From positions 9,669 to 73,668 of the forward strand of contig CAWJAN010000001.1 of the NCBI GenBank assembly GCA_963840885.1: 64,000 nucleotides of DNA, given 5' to 3'. Source of the stretch: an uncultured bacterium (GTDB taxonomy: Bacteria; Patescibacteriota; Minisyncoccia; Phycocordibacterales; GWA1-40-21). Numbering within the stretch: position 1 is the stretch's first letter; each line of letters begins with the position of its first letter. The position numbers and the translations under genes are program-made. Below, piece by piece: positions 11,400 through 22,634 of this stretch. The notes below the pieces were generated by a model. That model was not told where the DNA came from, made no database searches, and was given only the letters and a program-made list of their open reading frames with translations.

Positions 11400-12545
11400 G
11401 CGGCGCGAGCGAGCGCCCGCCGGGCCGCGTGGCAGGCGCGTCTCGACTGGCTCGACGGGACGAAGGGGATCGCGATCCTGTGGATCGTGGGCTTTCACTT
11501 CTTCATCGCCTACGCGGCTGGCCGGCTGCCGTGGCCGCTCGACCCCGGCTACTTCGCCGCCTACGAGAAGTTGCTGGCGCCGGCGTCTCTCGGCGCGCGG
11601 GCGCTCTGTCTCGCGGCCGCGGGGCTGGCCGCGGTGGTCGACTTCGGCTTCCACGGGGTCGCGGTCTTCCTCGTCCTCTCGGGCTTCGGGCTCTCGTATT
11701 CGCTCGCCCGGAGCGGTCGCCCGGCGGTGGCCTGGCCGGGCTGGTACCGGAGCCGGCTGATTCGCCTGTTGCCGATGTACTGGGTCGCCCACCTGGTCTA
11801 CCTGGTGTCTCCGTTCCAGGCCCGGTTCGATCCCGTCGACTACCGCTTCGCGCTGAGCGTCCTCGGCGATCGCGTGGTGCCGATCGGCACGATGTTCTAC
11901 TACTTCAACCCCGCGCTCTGGTACTTCGGGCTACTGCTGCAGCTGTACCTCGTGTATCCGGTGCTCTTCCGGGCGCTCGAGCGCCTGGGCGTGGCCCGCT
12001 TCCTCGTCGTCGCGGCGGTCGTCACCTTCGGCGCCCGGTGGGCCCTGGTGCTGGCGGTGCCGGTGGACGGCAAGTGGGTGCAGGGCGGCTTCTTCGCGTG
12101 CCGGCTCTGGGAGTTCGCGGTGGGCATGGCCGCGGGGGCGCTCTGGCGGAGGGCGCCCGCGGCGATCGACGCACGCGGTCCTGTCGTGGCGGGGCTTCGT
12201 GGCCGGGGCCGGGCTCTACGCCCTCGGCGTCTACTCCTACGGCGCCCTGTGGTCCTATCTCTTCACCGACGCGCTCATCGGCACCGGTCTCACCGTGATC
12301 CTCGTCAACGTCGCGCGCGCGATGGGCCGCCTGCCGCGGGTGAGTACCGCGGTGATGGCGGTGGGGGCGTCCTCGTACGGGCTCTACCTCGTCCATCAGC
12401 CCTACGTGCACTACTTCGGCACGCGGATGCGATCGCTCGATCTCCCGCTGTTCGTGGTCGGTGCGGGCGGGATCGTCGTCGCGCTCGTGCTCGGAGCGAT
12501 GGCGCTCGAGCGGGGGGTGAATGCCCTGACGAGGCGGGTCCTCGG
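11400..12545 (+). CDS. acyltransferase family 3 membrane protein, at least one frameshift
   Basis: LDGTKGIAILWIVGFHFF start and multi-TM body (11487..12180); continues in another frame (12199..12545). Start codon not resolved. Confidence 0.55.
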
Positions 12546-12546
12546 C

Positions 12547-12632
12547 CGGGGTCAGGTCTTACATTCCGACATTTCCGGGAGGCGCTGAGTCGCGGGGCGC
12601 CCAGAAAATGTCGGAATGTAAGACCTGACCCC
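12547..12632. repeat. large near-perfect inverted repeat (about 29 bp arms, about 28 bp loop), AT-richer than its surroundings
   Basis: Left arm GGGGTCAGGTCTTACATTCCGACATTTCC and its reverse complement on the right arm differ by one T. Confidence 0.6.
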
Positions 12633-12740
12633 AGGCTGTCGGCGGGCATTCTGGTAATCCGCGAGAGCCGTTGACAAGGCGCGGCCCGCGTCGCAGAGTC
12701 TTGGCACCCGACAACCCCTCTCACTCTCGGAGGTGCAGGC

Positions 12741-14328
12741 ATGGCGCGTCGAGCATTCTCGCTGGGACTCCTTACCGCGGTCGCGATGGTCGCGCTGCTC
12801 ACGTTCGGAGCGCCGGCCGCCGACGCCCAGAAGAAGGGCGGCGTGCTCCGGGTCGGCAACCTCGGCGAGCCGCCCGACGCTCGACGCGCACTGGACCACC
12901 GCCAACATCACCGAGATCCTCGACCAACCACATCTACGAGGGGCTCTACACCCTCGACCGCGACAACAGGCCGATCCCGATGCTGGCCGAGGGCCTGCCC
13001 CCGGTCAGCCGGGACGGCCTCACGCTACACCATCAAGCTCCGGCAGGGCGTGACGTTCCACAACGGCAAGGAGATGACCTCCGAGGACGTGGTCGCCTCG
13101 CTGACGCGCTGGGGCAAGCAGTCGATCTACGGCAAGGCGCTCTTCGCCCAGGTCGCCGACCTCCGCGGGCGTGGACAAGTACACGGTCGAGCTGAAGCTC
13201 AAGGAGCCGTCGCCCATCGTGCTGATGGCGCTGGCGGTGCCCAACAACTTCGGCGCGATCTATCCCAAGGAGATCGCCGAGAAGTTCCCGCCCCAGGTGA
13301 AGATCACCGAGTACGTCGGGCACCGGTCCGCTTCCGGCTCGCGGAGTGGAAGCCCGACCAGTACATCCGGATGGTGCGCTTCGACGACTACAAGCCGCGC
13401 AGCGAGAAGCCCGAACGGCTACGGCGGCGGCAAGACCGCGTGGCTACGTCGACGAGATCCGCTGGATCCCGACGCCCGAGGTGGCCACCCGGGTGGCCGC
13501 AGCTGGAGACCGGGCGAGCTCGACTTCGCCGACGACCTGACGCTCGACTCCTACGACCGCCTGCGGCCGAGCCCGGTCGCGCGGCCCCTGGTCGCCAAGC
13601 CGTACTTCTGGCCCATGGCCGTCTTCAACAAGAAGGAAGGCCTGATGACGAACCAGAAGCTGCGCCAGGCCTGGCAGGCGGCCCTCGACATCGAGCCGAT
13701 CATGAAGAGCGTGGCCGGCGGCAAGCCGGAGTTCTACCGCCTCGACAGCAGCCTCGATCCCCGGCGAGATCGCCGGAGTGGCACACCAAGATCGCCGGGC
13801 CTGCCCGTGGAACGAGCACAACGCGGCCAAGGCCAAGCGCTGCTGCAGGAGGCCGGGCTACAAGGGCGAGCCGATCCGCTTCATGACCACCCAGGAGTAC
13901 AAGTGGATGTACGACTTCGCGCTGGTCACCAAGCAGCAGCTGGAGGACGCGGGCTTCGTCGATCGACCTCCAGGTGCTGGACTGGGCCACGCTGGTGAAG
14001 CGGCGCAACAACCCGAAGGAGTACGACGTCTTCACCACCGGCATCGGGCCCTTCTACGACCCGACGCCAGCCCTCTTCCTGAGCTGCTCCTGGCCGGGCT
14101 GGACGTGCGACGAGGACATCCAGAAGCTGCAGACCGGAGCTGGCCCAGGAGACCGATCCCAAGAAGCGGCAGGCGCTGTGGGAGCAGCAGACCAGGCTGT
14201 TCTACGAGAAGGTCCCGGTGATCCGGTACGGCGACCTCTTCGGCCTCCGCGCGGTCCGCAAGACCGTGAAGGGCTTCAACGAGCGGACGGAGCGGCCGCG
14301 CTTCTACAACGTGTGGCTGGAGAAATAA
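12741..14328 (+). CDS. ABC transporter substrate-binding protein, family 5 (peptide/nickel, DppA/OppA-like), disrupted by frameshifts
   Basis: Signal peptide MARRAFSLGLLTAVAMVALLTFGAPAADAQ. SBP_bac_5 segments recur in all three + frames up to a TAA near 14326. Confidence 0.6.
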
Positions 14329-14358
14329 CTCGACGCGCGGGCGGCCTGACCCGCCCGC

Positions 14359-15307
14359 ATGCTTTCGTATCTCGTCCGGCGCCTCCTCGCCGTCATCCCG
14401 GTGATGGCGGTGGTGGTGACGGTCGTGTTCCTGCTCATCCACCTGATCCCGGGCGATCCGGTGAGCGTGATGCTGGGGCCCGACGCGACCCCGAGCCAGA
14501 TCGACGCGACGCGCAAGGCGATCGGGCTCGACCGGCCGCTGCACGAGCAGCTCGCTGGGCTTCTACGCCCGGGTGCTGCGCGGCGACCTCGGCCAGTCCT
14601 ACTTCCTGGACCGGCCGGTGACCACCGCGATCCTGGGAGCGGGCCGAGCCCACTCTGGTGCTGATGGCGTGCGCCCTGCTCGTGGCGGTGGCGATCGGCG
14701 TGCCGTCCGGGGTGGTGGCGGCGGCCCACCGCGGCTCGATCTGGGATCGCGTGCTCATGATCGGCTCGCTGCTCGGCGTCTGCGTGCCCGGCTTCTGGCT
14801 GAGCCTCAACTTCATCTACCTCTTCGCGGTGCGTCTCGGGCTGGCTGCCCGCCGCGGGCTACGCCTCGCTCTTCACCGAGCCGGTGCGCCGCGCTGCGCT
14901 ACATGGTGCTGCCCGCGGTCTCGCTCGGCTTCAACCAGTCGGCGCTGATCGCGCGCATCAGCCGCTCCTGCATGCTGGAGGCCCTCCAGCAGGACTACGT
15001 GCGCACCGCGCGGGCCAAGGGGCTGCCCCAGCGCGCGGTCACCTACGTGCACGCCTTCCGCAACGCGCTGGTGCCGGTGGTGACCGTGATCGGGGTGACC
15101 ACCGCGGTGCTCATCGGCGGCGCGGTGGTCACCGAGATCGTCTTCAACATCCCCGGGCCTCGGGCGCCTCGTGATCTCGGCCATCCTGCGCCGCGACTAC
15201 CCGGTGGTGCAGGGGGTGGTGCTGGTGACGGCCGCGACCTACGTGCTGATCAACCTGGTGGTGGACCTGCTGTACGCCTTCATCGATCCGCGCATCCGCT
15301 ATGACTG
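14359..15307 (+). CDS. ABC transporter permease (DppB/OppB-like), frameshifted
   Basis: MLSYLVRRLLAVIPVMAVVVTVVFLLIHLIPGDPV N-terminus; the EAA-loop region and the C-terminal FIDPRIRYD lie in other frames. Confidence 0.6.
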
Positions 15308-16152
15308 AGCGCAGCCGAGCGGCAGCGCTGGATCGCGCCGGCTGGCCGGAACGGGGGCGTGGTGACCGGGGCCGCCCTCCTGCTCGTGCTGGTGGCGGCC
15401 GCGCTGTTCGCCGACGTGCTCTCCACCTACAACCCCACCCGGCTCGGTCCCGGCCAACCGGCTCAAGCCGCCGAGCGCGCAGCACTACCTCGGCACCGAC
15501 GAGTTCGGCCGCGACGTCTACAGCCTGGTGCTGCACGGCAGCCGGGTGTCGCTGCTGGTCGGGCTCACCACCATGCTGCTGCACCTCGGCGGGCGGCGTC
15601 GTCATCGGGCTCACCGCCGGCTACTCGCGGCGGCTCGACGTGCCGGTGATGCGGTGCATGGACGGCCTGATGGCCTTCCCGGCCATCCTGCTCGCGATCG
15701 CGCTGATGGCCGCGCGCGGGCCCGGGGTCTGGAACGTGATCCTGGCGCTCTCGGTCGTCTACATGCCGCGCACCGCGATGCTCATCCGCAGCACGGTGCT
15801 GAGCCTGCGCGAGCTCGACTACATCCAGGCCGCGCGCGCGCTGGGCCGGCGCGACGGCGCGATCGCGCTGCGCCACATCCTGCCGAACTGCGTGGGCCCG
15901 CTGCTCGTGCAGGGCAGCTTCGTGTTCGCCTACGCGATCCTGGCCGAGGCGATCCTGGGCTTCCTCGGCGTCGGCGTGCCGCCCTACGTGCCGTCGTGGG
16001 GCAACGTGATCGCGAGCGGCAAGAACGTCATCCGCGAGGCGTTCTGGGTGAGCCTCTTCCCCGGCTTGGCCTTGACGATCGCCGGGCTCAGCCTCAATCT
16101 GCTCGGCGACGGTCTGCGGGACGTGCTGGACCCGCGGCTCCGAGTGCGCTAG
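15301..16152 (+). CDS. ABC transporter permease (DppC/OppC-like)
   Basis: 283 aa ORF. The conserved DppC N-terminal segment lies in a neighbouring frame (15359..15649), implying an N-terminal frameshift. Confidence 0.6.
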   Translation: MTERSRAAALDRAGWPERGRGDRGRPPARAGGGRAVRRRALHLQPHPARSRPTGSSRRARSTTSAPTSSAATSTAWCCTAAGCRCWSGSPPCCCTSAGGVVIGLTAGYSRRLDVPVMRCMDGLMAFPAILLAIALMAARGPGVWNVILALSVVYMPRTAMLIRSTVLSLRELDYIQAARALGRRDGAIALRHILPNCVGPLLVQGSFVFAYAILAEAILGFLGVGVPPYVPSWGNVIASGKNVIREAFWVSLFPGLALTIAGLSLNLLGDGLRDVLDPRLRVR

Positions 16153-16658
16153 AAGAGGAGGGCCCGGGCGATTCCTTCACCTCGTGACCGAGCGCGGCGA
16201 GACGCCGCGCCAGGAGGCCGGATGATGAGAGCGATGGACTCGAGACAGCCGTCCCTGCTGGAGGGGCCCGCGCCCCGGCGCGCGCCACGGTCCCGGCCGA
16301 GCCGGGGGCTGCTCGCGCGGCTCGCCCCGCGGCGCGGTGGAGATCGTCCGCCACGCCAACGGCCCGGTGGAGGTGAAGGTGTCCGGGCTGATCGACAGCG
16401 CGGAGCGACGGATCCGCCAGTGGCAGGGCGTGGCGGCCATCCTCTTCATCCTCATGGTGGTGGGCGCCGCGCTCGCGGTGGTGGTGGTGGCGCTGCGCTG
16501 GGACTTCGAGCGGGGCCGCGCGGTGCGGGTGCTCCAGGCCGACCTCGAGATCGCCCGGGCGCGCGAGCGCTGCTGGGAAGCGCTGGCTCGCCCCCGGCGG
16601 GCGCGACGCGGGCGCGCTGCATCACGCCCCGCGCGTACGCGCGACGGGACCACCAGCC

Positions 16659-16893
16659 GATGGAGGCGTGCACGCCGACGACCGGGGTGGAGACGCTGCG
16701 CTGGCCGGCAGGAGAGCAAGATGCTCTTCCACCCGAGCCCGCGACCGCCCAACGCGGGCTGGTGCGCTACGAGCCGGGCTCGCATCATCCCTTCCACAAG
16801 CACGACTTCGCCCAGGTCTGGTACATCCTCGAGGGCGAGTTCCAGATCGGCGACCGCTGCACCCGGGGCGCTGCTCTCCCCCGACCCGCCTGA
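16659..16893 (+). CDS. small cupin-domain protein
   Basis: YEPGSHHPFHKHDFAQVWYILEGEFQIGD matches the cupin G(X)5HXH..E motif. Confidence 0.4.
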
Positions 16894-16981
16894 GCGTCGG
16901 CGCGTCCACGACGGGCGGCCCGCTGCCTTCAACATGAGGCCCGGGCCGCCACGTCGATCGCCGGCCCCCTCACCCTGCCCG

Positions 16982-16998
16982 TCTCCCCGTGGGGGAGA
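16982..16998. terminator. GC-rich palindrome between convergent genes (candidate bidirectional terminator)
   Basis: TCTCCCC-GTG-GGGGAGA between the cupin ORF end and the molybdopterin oxidoreductase stop at 17007. Confidence 0.35.
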
Positions 16999-17006
16999 GG
17001 GAGAGA

Positions 17007-19052
17007 TTAGAGGGCGGCGACCTCGACGCGGCAGTCGTTGTAGCAGGCGCCCCCGCAGATGTCCGCGTGGTGCCCCGGAGCCAGCGCCGAGACGGTCTGC
17101 CCGTTGTCGCTGGTCCGCATCCACGCGCCCTTCAGGCTGCACACCACGCCGGGCCGGATCGCGTCGGTGACCTGGAGCGGCAGGTGCACCTCGCCCAGCT
17201 CGTTCCACACCCGCACCACGCATGCCGTCGCGCAGGCCGCGGGCCTTGCGCGTCGTCCGGATGCATCTCGAGCGGCGGCGTCACGTCGCCCGGCTTGAGC
17301 CCGCCGAACGTGGAGGTGATGCGCTCGTCCGACGCGGGCGAGATGAGGACGAGCGGGAACGGCGTCTCGTAGGCGCGGAAGGTCGGCAGGCGCGCTGCCG
17401 TACTTCTGCTCGAGGTAGCCGGACGCCAGCTCGATCTTGCCGGACGGCGTCTTCGGGAAGACGTTGCTTGAAGAGGATGGCGGGCTCGCCGTTCGACCGT
17501 CATCGCGGTGGCGCGGTCGGTGGGCAGCCGGCTCGGCGCGCACGCCGCCCAGGCGCGGGTCCGCGCCGTCCACCGCGTCGTCGATGAGCTGCGGCGTCGC
17601 TGGCGGTGAAGGCGGGGTCGGTGAAGCCGAAGCGCGCGGCGAGCCGCCGGAAGATCTCGGTGTTGGGCAGCGACTCGCCCTGCGGCGGGATCACCGGCTC
17701 GGCGCGCTGCAGCCAGTGCTGGCCGTAGGCCGCGTAGATGTCGTCGTACTCGAAGTGGCTGCGAGGCGGGCAGCACCACGTCGGCGTAGGCGAGGCTGTC
17801 GGTCATCACCACGTCCGAGCCCACCGTGAAGAGATCCTCGCGCGCGAGCCCGCGCCGCATCCGGTTCTGGTCCGGGTGCACGACCAGCGGGTTGTGGTTG
17901 TAGATGAAGAGCGCCTTGATCGGCGGGGACAGGGTCGGATCGAGGAGGTGCTGGCCCATGTCCACGATGTTGAGCGTGCGGGTGCCCGGCGGCAGCAGGT
18001 CCGGCCGCTGCAGCTCGGCCGGCGTCTTGGGGAACACGAAGCCCGCGCCGTTGACGAGCCCGCCGCCCGGCACCCCGAACTTCCCGGCCAGCGCGGGCAG
18101 GGCGAAGATCGCGCGGATGCCGCTGCCGCCGTTCTGGTTGCGCTCGAGCCCGTTGCCCACGCTGATCGCGGCGGGCGAGAGCGTGTGGTACCACTCGGCG
18201 AGCTGCCGGATGTCGGCCTCGGGCACCCCGCAGATGCGCGAGGCGTCCGCCACCGAGTAGCGCGCGCGCGCCGGCCATGAACTCCTCGAAGCCCTCCACG
18301 TGGCGCTCGATGAAGGCGCGGTCGAGCGCGCCGCGCCGCTCGAGCTCCGCCGCGACGGCCCACGCCAGCACCACGTCGGTGCCGGGCTGGAGCGCGAGGT
18401 GCAGATCCGCCTGCTCGCGCGATCTTGATGCGCTTGGGGTCGACGACCACCACCTTGGCCCCGTCCCGCCGCGCCGCGTTGATGCAGCGGCGTGAGGTGC
18501 AGGTTCGACCAGGTGACGTTGTTGCCCCAGGCGATGATGAGCTTGCGAGTGCCGCACCTGCTCGGGCGCGATGCCCGGGCGCGGTCCCGAAGGTGCCGAG
18601 CCACGCCTGGGTGCGGATGCCGCCGCAGAGCGGCGAGCGATCGAGCAGCGAGGCGCCCAGCTTGTGGAAGAAGCGCAGGTCCATCGAGGCGTAGGCGAGC
18701 ATGCCGTGCGGCCCCGCGTAGTTGAGCGGCAGCGACGGCCTGCGGGCCGTGCGCGGCGATCACCGCGGTCACGCGGTCGTGGATGATGTCGAGCGCCTCG
18801 TCCCAGCGACGCGCGCGCGAACCGGCCCTCGCCCTTGGCCCCGACCCGCCGGAGCGGGGTGCGGAGCCGCCCGGGCCCGTGCACCCAGTCCGGGTACGAG
18901 CCGGCCACCTTGGTGCAGATGACGCCGGCGGTGTAGGGGTTGGCCCGGGAGCCGCGGATCTTCACGATCTTCGCGTCCTCCACGGTGACGGTCAGGCTGC
19001 AGGTGTCGGGGCAGTCCAGCGGACAGACGCTCGCGTGCTCGGTGGTCGCCAT
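17007..19052 (-). CDS. molybdopterin (bis-MGD) oxidoreductase, formate dehydrogenase/nitrate reductase superfamily, disrupted by frameshifts
   Basis: N-terminal 4Fe-4S motif CPLDCPDTCSL and GVICTKVAG. Molybdopterin domains lie in two further minus frames. C-terminus ends at the stop at 17007. Confidence 0.6.
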
Positions 19053-19171
19053 GGCCCCGTATCGTAAGGCAATCGGAGGCGTCTCCGCCACCCGGGTAAA
19101 CAGAGCGCGGCCCGCGCTCGTCTATTGCGGCAGAGGGGTGGCCGCCATGACCCCTCGTGAGGAGACCCAAC

Positions 19172-19560
19172 ATGAAAAAGCTGATCGCGCTGGTTCTGGC
19201 CGTCGCGGTCTTTGCTCCCACGCTGGCCTTCGCGGGCGCGTCGACGGACGCGGCCCTCGGGCTCGGCGCCTTCGCGGTGTTCAATCAGATCCTGGGCGGG
19301 GTCGGCATCTTCCACCGCGGCCCGGTGGTGGCGCCCGCGCCCGTGGTCGTCGCTCGGCCCGCGCCGGTCTACGTGCCCGCTCCGGTGGTGGCGCCACCCC
19401 GCGGGTGATCGCGCCGCGGGTGGTCGCTCGGCCCTACCCGGTCTACGTGCCCGCGCCGCGTCCCGTGGTGGTCCACGAGCGGCCGGTGTTCTGCCCGCCC
19501 GGCCACGCCCGGAAGGGCTGGTGCTATCCCGCGCCGGTGCGCCCGGCCTGGCGCTACTGA
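19172..19560 (+). CDS. small secreted Pro/Val-rich tandem-repeat protein (one frameshift)
   Basis: Signal peptide MKKLIALVLAVAVFAPTLAFA, then repeats VVARPAPVYVPAP; C-terminus PGHARKGWCYPAPVRPAWRY in a second frame. Confidence 0.45.
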
Positions 19561-19615
19561 TCGCGTCCGTCGCTCACGTCCGGCGCTGACCGGCCCGCTG
19601 ATCGGATGACTCCCG

Positions 19616-19646
19616 CCCTCTCCCCCCGAGACCCGGGGGGAGAGGG
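19616..19646 (+). terminator. GC-rich stem-loop (12 bp stem, 7 nt loop), candidate terminator
   Basis: CCCTCTCCCCCC-GAGACCC-GGGGGGAGAGGG immediately after the repeat-protein gene and before chrA. Confidence 0.45.
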
Positions 19647-19663
19647 TGCTACACTCCAGGGGC

Positions 19664-20830
19664 CATGTCGCTCGCGCGCTCGCTCGAGCTCGACGAGTGA
19701 GACGCGTCTCCCTCCTCCGGCTGATCGCGGTCTTCGCCTGGACCGGCCTCTCGAGCCTGGGCGGCGGCCGCAGCGCCTACTTCCACGACGCGCTGGTGCG
19801 GCGGCGCGGCTGGATCCGCCACGACGAGTTCGTCCAGGACTTCACGCTGAGCCAGGTGCTGCCCGGGCCCGAACTTCAGCAACCTCGCGGTCGTCCTCGG
19901 CTACCGGCTCGCCGGCTTCGCGGGCGGCGTGTGGGGGCTGCTCGCGATCGTGCTGCCGGGCGCGGTCATCCTCCTGGGCGCGAGCGCGCTCTACGCGCAG
20001 GGCGCCTTCGGGAGCGGCGCCAGTCTCCTGCATGCGCGGGCTGAGCGCGGCGGTGGTGGGGCTCGTGCTCGTGACGTCGCTCCGCATCATGCGCGGCTCG
20101 CTGCGGGGCGGACGTGCGGTCGTGATCGCGCTGATCACCTTCGTGGCGGTCGGCCCGCTGCGCCTGCCCACCGTCGGCGTGGTGCTGCTGATGACCGCGC
20201 TGAGCCTCGGGCTGCACTGGTCGGCGCCCGCGGCGCGGCCGGTCCTCGCCGGCTCCCCCGTCCACCCCGCCACCGGAGGGCGCGTGATGGCGGACCTCGC
20301 GCTGCTCACCTGGACGTTTCTCTGGCTGAGCTTCCTCTGCGTGGGCGGCGGTCTCGGGGTCATCCCGGAGATGGAGCGGCAGGCGGTGACCATCCACCAC
20401 TGGCTCACCGCCCGCGAGTTCGTCGACGGCTACACGCTGTCGCAGCTCACCCCGGGCCCCGGCATGCTGGTCGCGGTCTTCGTGGGCCACCGGGCCCACG
20501 GCCTGCTCGGCGCGGCGCTCGCGGGGCTCGCGATGTTCGTGCCCACCTCCGTCCTGGCCATCGTGATCTCGCACCACTGGCAGCAGTGGCGCGCCCGGCC
20601 GTGGGCGCGTCGCCGCCGAGCGGGCGCTCCTGCCGGTCGGGGTCGGGCTGATGGCGGGCGGGGTCTACACGCTCGCGCGCACCGCGATCCACGACGGCGC
20701 GACCGTCGCCCTCGCGGCGGCCACCGCGCTCGTGGTGGCCACGGATCGCGTGCCGCCGGTGGTGGCGGTGCTGGCCGCGGGCACGGCTCGGCTGGCTCCT
20801 CTCGCGATAGGCGCGCCGGCGACGCTTGAC
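19664..20830 (+). CDS. chrA: chromate ion transporter ChrA (two CHR halves), disrupted by frameshifts
   Basis: First half WTGLSSLGGGRSAYFHDALVRRRGWIRHDEFVQDFTLSQVLPGP; second half FLCVGGGLGVIPEMERQAVTIHHWLTAREFVDGYTLSQLTPGPGMLV; several frame changes. Confidence 0.55.
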
Positions 20831-20901
20831 ACGCGGCTTCGTCCCGACATAAGGTCGCACCGGCTCGTCGGCGGCTCCCGCGCCCCTCGACCCGAGGAGG
20901 A

Positions 20902-21795
20902 ATGCCGTGCTCGGCTCGCGCTCCCCCGTCTCCCACGGTGTCGTCGTCGCCGCTCGCGCTCCTCGTCGTCCTCGCGGTCTCCTCCGCGGTCTCGGTGACC
21001 GCGCAGCGGCTGGCCGACGGCCAGGCGCCGAAGTTCACGGTGGATCCGTTCTGGCCGAAGCCGCTGCCCAACCGCTGGCTGCTCGGCCAGGTGGCGGGCG
21101 TGGCGGTCGACCCGCTCGACCACGTGTGGATCGTGCAGCGGCCGCGCACCCTGACCGACGACGAGAAGGGCGCCACGCTCAACCCGCCGCGCAACGAGTG
21201 CTGCGTGCCCGCGCCGCCGGTGATGGAGTTCGACAGCGAGGGCAACCTGCTCCAGGCCTGGGGCGGGCCCGGGCCGGGCTACGACTGGCCGGCCAACGAG
21301 CACGGCATCTTCGTGGACCCGTCCGGCAACGTGTGGCTGGCCGGCAACGGGGAGAAGGACGACCAGATCCTCAAGTTCAGCCGCGACGGCCGGTTCCTGA
21401 TGCAGATCGGCAAGCCGGGCTCGAGCGGCGGCGACGCCGACACCGCGCAACCTCAATCGCCCCGCCGACGTGCGGGTGGACGCGGCGGCCAACGAGCTGT
21501 ACGTGGCGGACGGCTACGCCAACCACCGGGTCATCGTGTTCGACGCGACCACCGGCGCCTACAAGCGCCACTGGGGCGCCAACGGCCGGCCCCCGGGCGA
21601 CGCGAGCGTGAAGCAGTTCCGGAACCCGGTGCACTGCGTGCGCATCGCGACCGACGGGCTCGTCTACGTCTGCGACCGGATGAACAACCGGATCCAGGTC
21701 TTCAAGAAGGACGGCACCTTCGTGAGCGAGTTCGCCCTGGCGATCTCGACGACCGGCAACGGATCGGTGTGGGACCTCGACTTCTCCCGCGACCC
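20902..21795 (+). CDS. secreted NHL-repeat beta-propeller protein, 3' truncated at the composition junction
   Basis: Signal peptide plus repeated VVFDATTG / LVYVCDRMNNRIQVF motifs. The frame runs into low-GC sequence at about 21,795 with no natural stop. Confidence 0.5.
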
Positions 21796-22596
21796 ATATT
21801 TATCGTCCTTATCGGTATTGTAAAATTCCACCCAGCCGCATCTTGCTCCCGGCCAAGGAAATTCTTTTGAGATTCCGCGCATCGCAAGCCCTGGAACGCC
21901 GTCTATCACTTGTGCAAGCTTCCTGTGCTCAACGCCGCCGTAATAAAGATTGGAATATATCTCATCCGATATGACGAATAGGTCGAATTCCCTTGCAATA
22001 TCGACGATTTGTTTCATTATTTCTATCGGAAATACGGCGCCTGTGGGATTGTCCGGATTTACGATTAAGACGGCACATATTTCAGGATGAGCTTTTATTT
22101 TTTCACGCAAATCTTTAAGGTCCGGATACCAATGGTTTTCCGGATCAAGCTTATATGTCATATGCGGCGAGCCTGCATGGGCGGCTTCGGCTGAGGAGTG
22201 AGTGGAATATGCTGGATTCGGCCCTATTACGCGCGAGCCGGGATTGAGATAATTATAAATGGTGGCGATAGCATCGCCAAGGCCGTTGAAGAATAAGATA
22301 TCGTCCGGTTTTATCTGTGCTCCGCCTTCCAGGTTTCTTTCGTATGCTATGTATTCTCTCGTATCCAGAAGTCCTTTTGTAGGCGAATAGCCGAAGCAGG
22401 AATTATCTTTCAAAACAGTGTCGGAAACTATTTTCTTTATCCAGGCCGGCACTTCCTCGCCTTTTGCCACCGGATCGCCGATATTTTCCCAGACGATTTT
22501 AACGCCGGTCTTTTCTATCTTGTTTGCAACATCCACTATCTCGCGGATTTCATAAACGAGCTCATCAGCTCCTGGATGTACTATATTATTTCGCAT
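21796..22596 (-). CDS. class I/II (PLP-dependent) aminotransferase, 3' truncated at the composition junction
   Basis: MRNNIVHPGADEL..NPDNPTGAVF..GLAMRGISKEFPWPGARCGWVEF; only about 265 aa of an expected 390 precede the junction. Confidence 0.7.
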
Positions 22597-22634
22597 TCCA
22601 CAATTCTATACAAAAATATGAAAAATAAAAGGGT

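Noticed and set aside
21700-21900. Low-GC part as a horizontally acquired island within the high-GC genome
   Set aside because: Both flanking genes are cut at the same point, there is no att duplication, and the 42 kb to the right contains core housekeeping genes (dnaX, murB, fmt, def, rarA). A chimeric join is far more likely.
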